DNA of 61,684 nucleotides, filler included, from Pirum gemmata (lineage: Eukaryota), in NCBI GenBank assembly GCA_002812295.1. It is 9 parts of 9 records of this genome, joined end to end, with 100 filler letters (N's around TTAATTAATTAA, not from the genome) between each part and the next. Parts side by side here need not be neighbours in the genome. Positions count along the whole stretch, not along the records: positions 54,993 to 61,684 come from PDIN01000234.1; 8 more parts are not named here. One strand, 5' to 3'. The position numbers and the translations under genes are program-made. The notes under the pieces are model-generated. The model was not told the origin of the DNA. It did no database searches and saw only the letters and a list, made by a program, of their open reading frames with translations. Shown one piece after another: positions 59,691 through 61,684 of this stretch (its first letter is position 1; the number at the start of each line of letters is the position of its first letter).

Positions 59691-60673
59691 ACCCCCCTTT
59701 TTTTTTTAGAATAATAATGCTTACAATATATAGAAATCATCATAATAATTCTGATAATTAAACTCTGAATCGTTTTTTAATAATTATGATAATAATTATT
59801 ATTAATTATTCCCAGTTACATCTATAAGTATATTAATATAACAATAACCATTCATTATACATGTCCTCAAAGTCATTAAAAGATGTTTTAATATAATATA
59901 TATTTTTTTGTAATGCTGTAATCTCATCATTTTCTAGGATAGTTGTTAAAAAATTATCTATAGCACTTTGATTGTTTAAAATTACATCAACATAAGTTTT
60001 AAACAAATCTATATTTTTATGAAAATTTGGATCTTGTATAATATGACTAGTAGGAAAAGAAGAAACTAAAGCAAGTAGTTTACTTCTATAAGTAATTTGA
60101 TCTTGTAAATACAATGTTATGTTAGAGATTGCTAGACCAATGCTGGGAAAAACTTTTTAATTATTAAAATTGGAAAAACCTAGCTTGAGCAGAATCTATT
60201 CACAGCAATACCCCCCCCCTTTTTTTTTTAGAATAATAATGCTGACAATATATAGAAATCATAATAATTCTGATAACTAAATTCTGAATAGTTTTTTAAT
60301 AATTATTACTAATTAATATAAGAATTAATTAAAATTTAAAAGAAAAAATACTATAAATATACATCATTTGGAAAAAAATAAAAATAATATCAAAATAGTT
60401 TTTATTTTGTTAATAAACACTAGTATTTAGAGAGAATCATAATAATTATTTATTATTTATTATTTATTATTTATTATTCATTATTCATTATTCATTTATT
60501 TATTTATTATTTTTTGCTATTTGTTTTTATTATTTGTATAAAAGATAACGAATCTAAAATTTTAATTAATCAACGTACTATTAAAATATACATTATTATA
60601 TTAGTGTTATTATTATCTATAAAAAAAGATAACACGTCTCCCATTTTAATTAATCAGCACAAAAAATAAAAAA

Positions 60674-61684
60674 ATGATTTATAATACATTAGCTGAAGCA
60701 CAACGGTTACAACAACCGAATCCTTATTTTGTTAAAGAGGATTACAATTTAAACAAAGAAGATCTTGATGTTAACGTTAACATTATATCAGAACGTGAAA
60801 GACGAAATTGGTTCACCAACGCCGCAAGCAGCGTAGCAAACACAATAGAAGACGCAGGAGAAGTATTCCAAGAACATGTTACTGACCCTATCAGAGACAC
60901 AGTTGTTAATAGTGCACATTTTGTTGAAGATAAGTTTGATAAAATGAATGATGCTGTTGAAGATGTTGTGGAAAAAGTGGATGACTTTGTTAACTTCGAT
61001 TCGGTAGCCAACATTTTGGCTGATCCTATGACTTACTTGAATCCATTGGGAACCTTTAGTAAATATTTATCACAAACTAACTTCCAAGGGGACGAGTTTC
61101 GAAAATGTGATCCTTTGAAAAATTTCAATCAAGCTTTGTCTGCCAACGATAAAATCCGACGTCCTTTTTCTTATCATGTCATGTCGGATCCTCAATTATT
61201 TTGGGATCATGATAAGAAAGGAGATGTGCGTGATGCTGCTGAAAAGTACAATGGCAACGTTGCTGCAGCAATGAATAGATACAGAGATAGTCGGGGTCAA
61301 AAGCCTATCTCGGTAGTTATCAATGGAGATTTGACTGCATACTTCCGTCCTACTCAACTAAAAAGTTTTCGTAAATTTTATCATAATAGTGATAGTACTT
61401 TGCAATACAAAAAAGTGTATTTGGGTTTAGGAAATCATGATATCGAAAATAATTTAAAAAATGGTTGCAAATGGACTAGCTTATTGGACTTACCTAATTT
61501 AATGCAAGGTGACGCGGGTTGCTCCTTGGCAGCTATGGAATTCGCTGACAAAAACTTAAGATGCGAAACTGGTGGATGGAAAGCACAGGGTACCACGTTA
61601 AGAGCTTACAATAGAAAAGCACATGCTTACGCTTGGGTTGAAAATGGTGTTTACTTTATTCAACTCAATTGGTACATGGAAAAT
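60674..61684 (+). CDS. Calcineurin-like metallophosphoesterase, 3' truncated by the window end
   Basis: Manual translation: MIYNTLAE...VMSDPQ...VINGDLT...YLGLGNHD...AYAW...YFIQLN; open to the end of the window. Confidence 0.88.
   Translation, partial: MIYNTLAEAQRLQQPNPYFVKEDYNLNKEDLDVNVNIISERERRNWFTNAASSVANTIEDAGEVFQEHVTDPIRDTVVNSAHFVEDKFDKMNDAVEDVVEKVDDFVNFDSVANILADPMTYLNPLGTFSKYLSQTNFQGDEFRKCDPLKNFNQALSANDKIRRPFSYHVMSDPQLFWDHDKKGDVRDAAEKYNGNVAAAMNRYRDSRGQKPISVVINGDLTAYFRPTQLKSFRKFYHNSDSTLQYKKVYLGLGNHDIENNLKNGCKWTSLLDLPNLMQGDAGCSLAAMEFADKNLRCETGGWKAQGTTLRAYNRKAHAYAWVENGVYFIQLNWYMEN

Noticed and set aside
60742..61014. 90-aa minus-strand ORF
   Set aside because: Antisense shadow of the metallophosphoesterase.

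Overview
Very AT-rich eukaryotic nuclear DNA with GT-AG introns, TTAGGG-type repeats and many MITEs; it looks like a protist, but the taxon cannot be fixed from sequence alone. The window is not one locus. It is nine segments of about 6.6-7.0 kb joined by eight identical 100-nt spacers (N44-TTAATTAATTAA-N44), so adjacency across spacers means nothing biologically. Genes I can support: a probably frameshift-split secreted Q/P-rich protein, tRNA-Val(TAC), a claudin/PMP22-like four-TM protein, a frameshifted Cys-rich gene overlapping an H-type-lectin gene, the first three exons of CDC20, a single-exon 7TM receptor-like protein, a two-exon S1 serine protease, and a metallophosphoesterase running off the right end that the ORF track missed. 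There is one complete Ty3/Gypsy retrotransposon with unusual features: the gag ATG lies in the LTR, the tRNA-Ala-type PBS is translated, gag and pol are separated by an in-frame TGA, and the protease motif is degenerate. At least five MITE families are present, one nested in another. Telomere-like repeats are abundant at internal sites, including inside introns and as the arms of fold-back elements. No CRISPR array or rRNA was seen.
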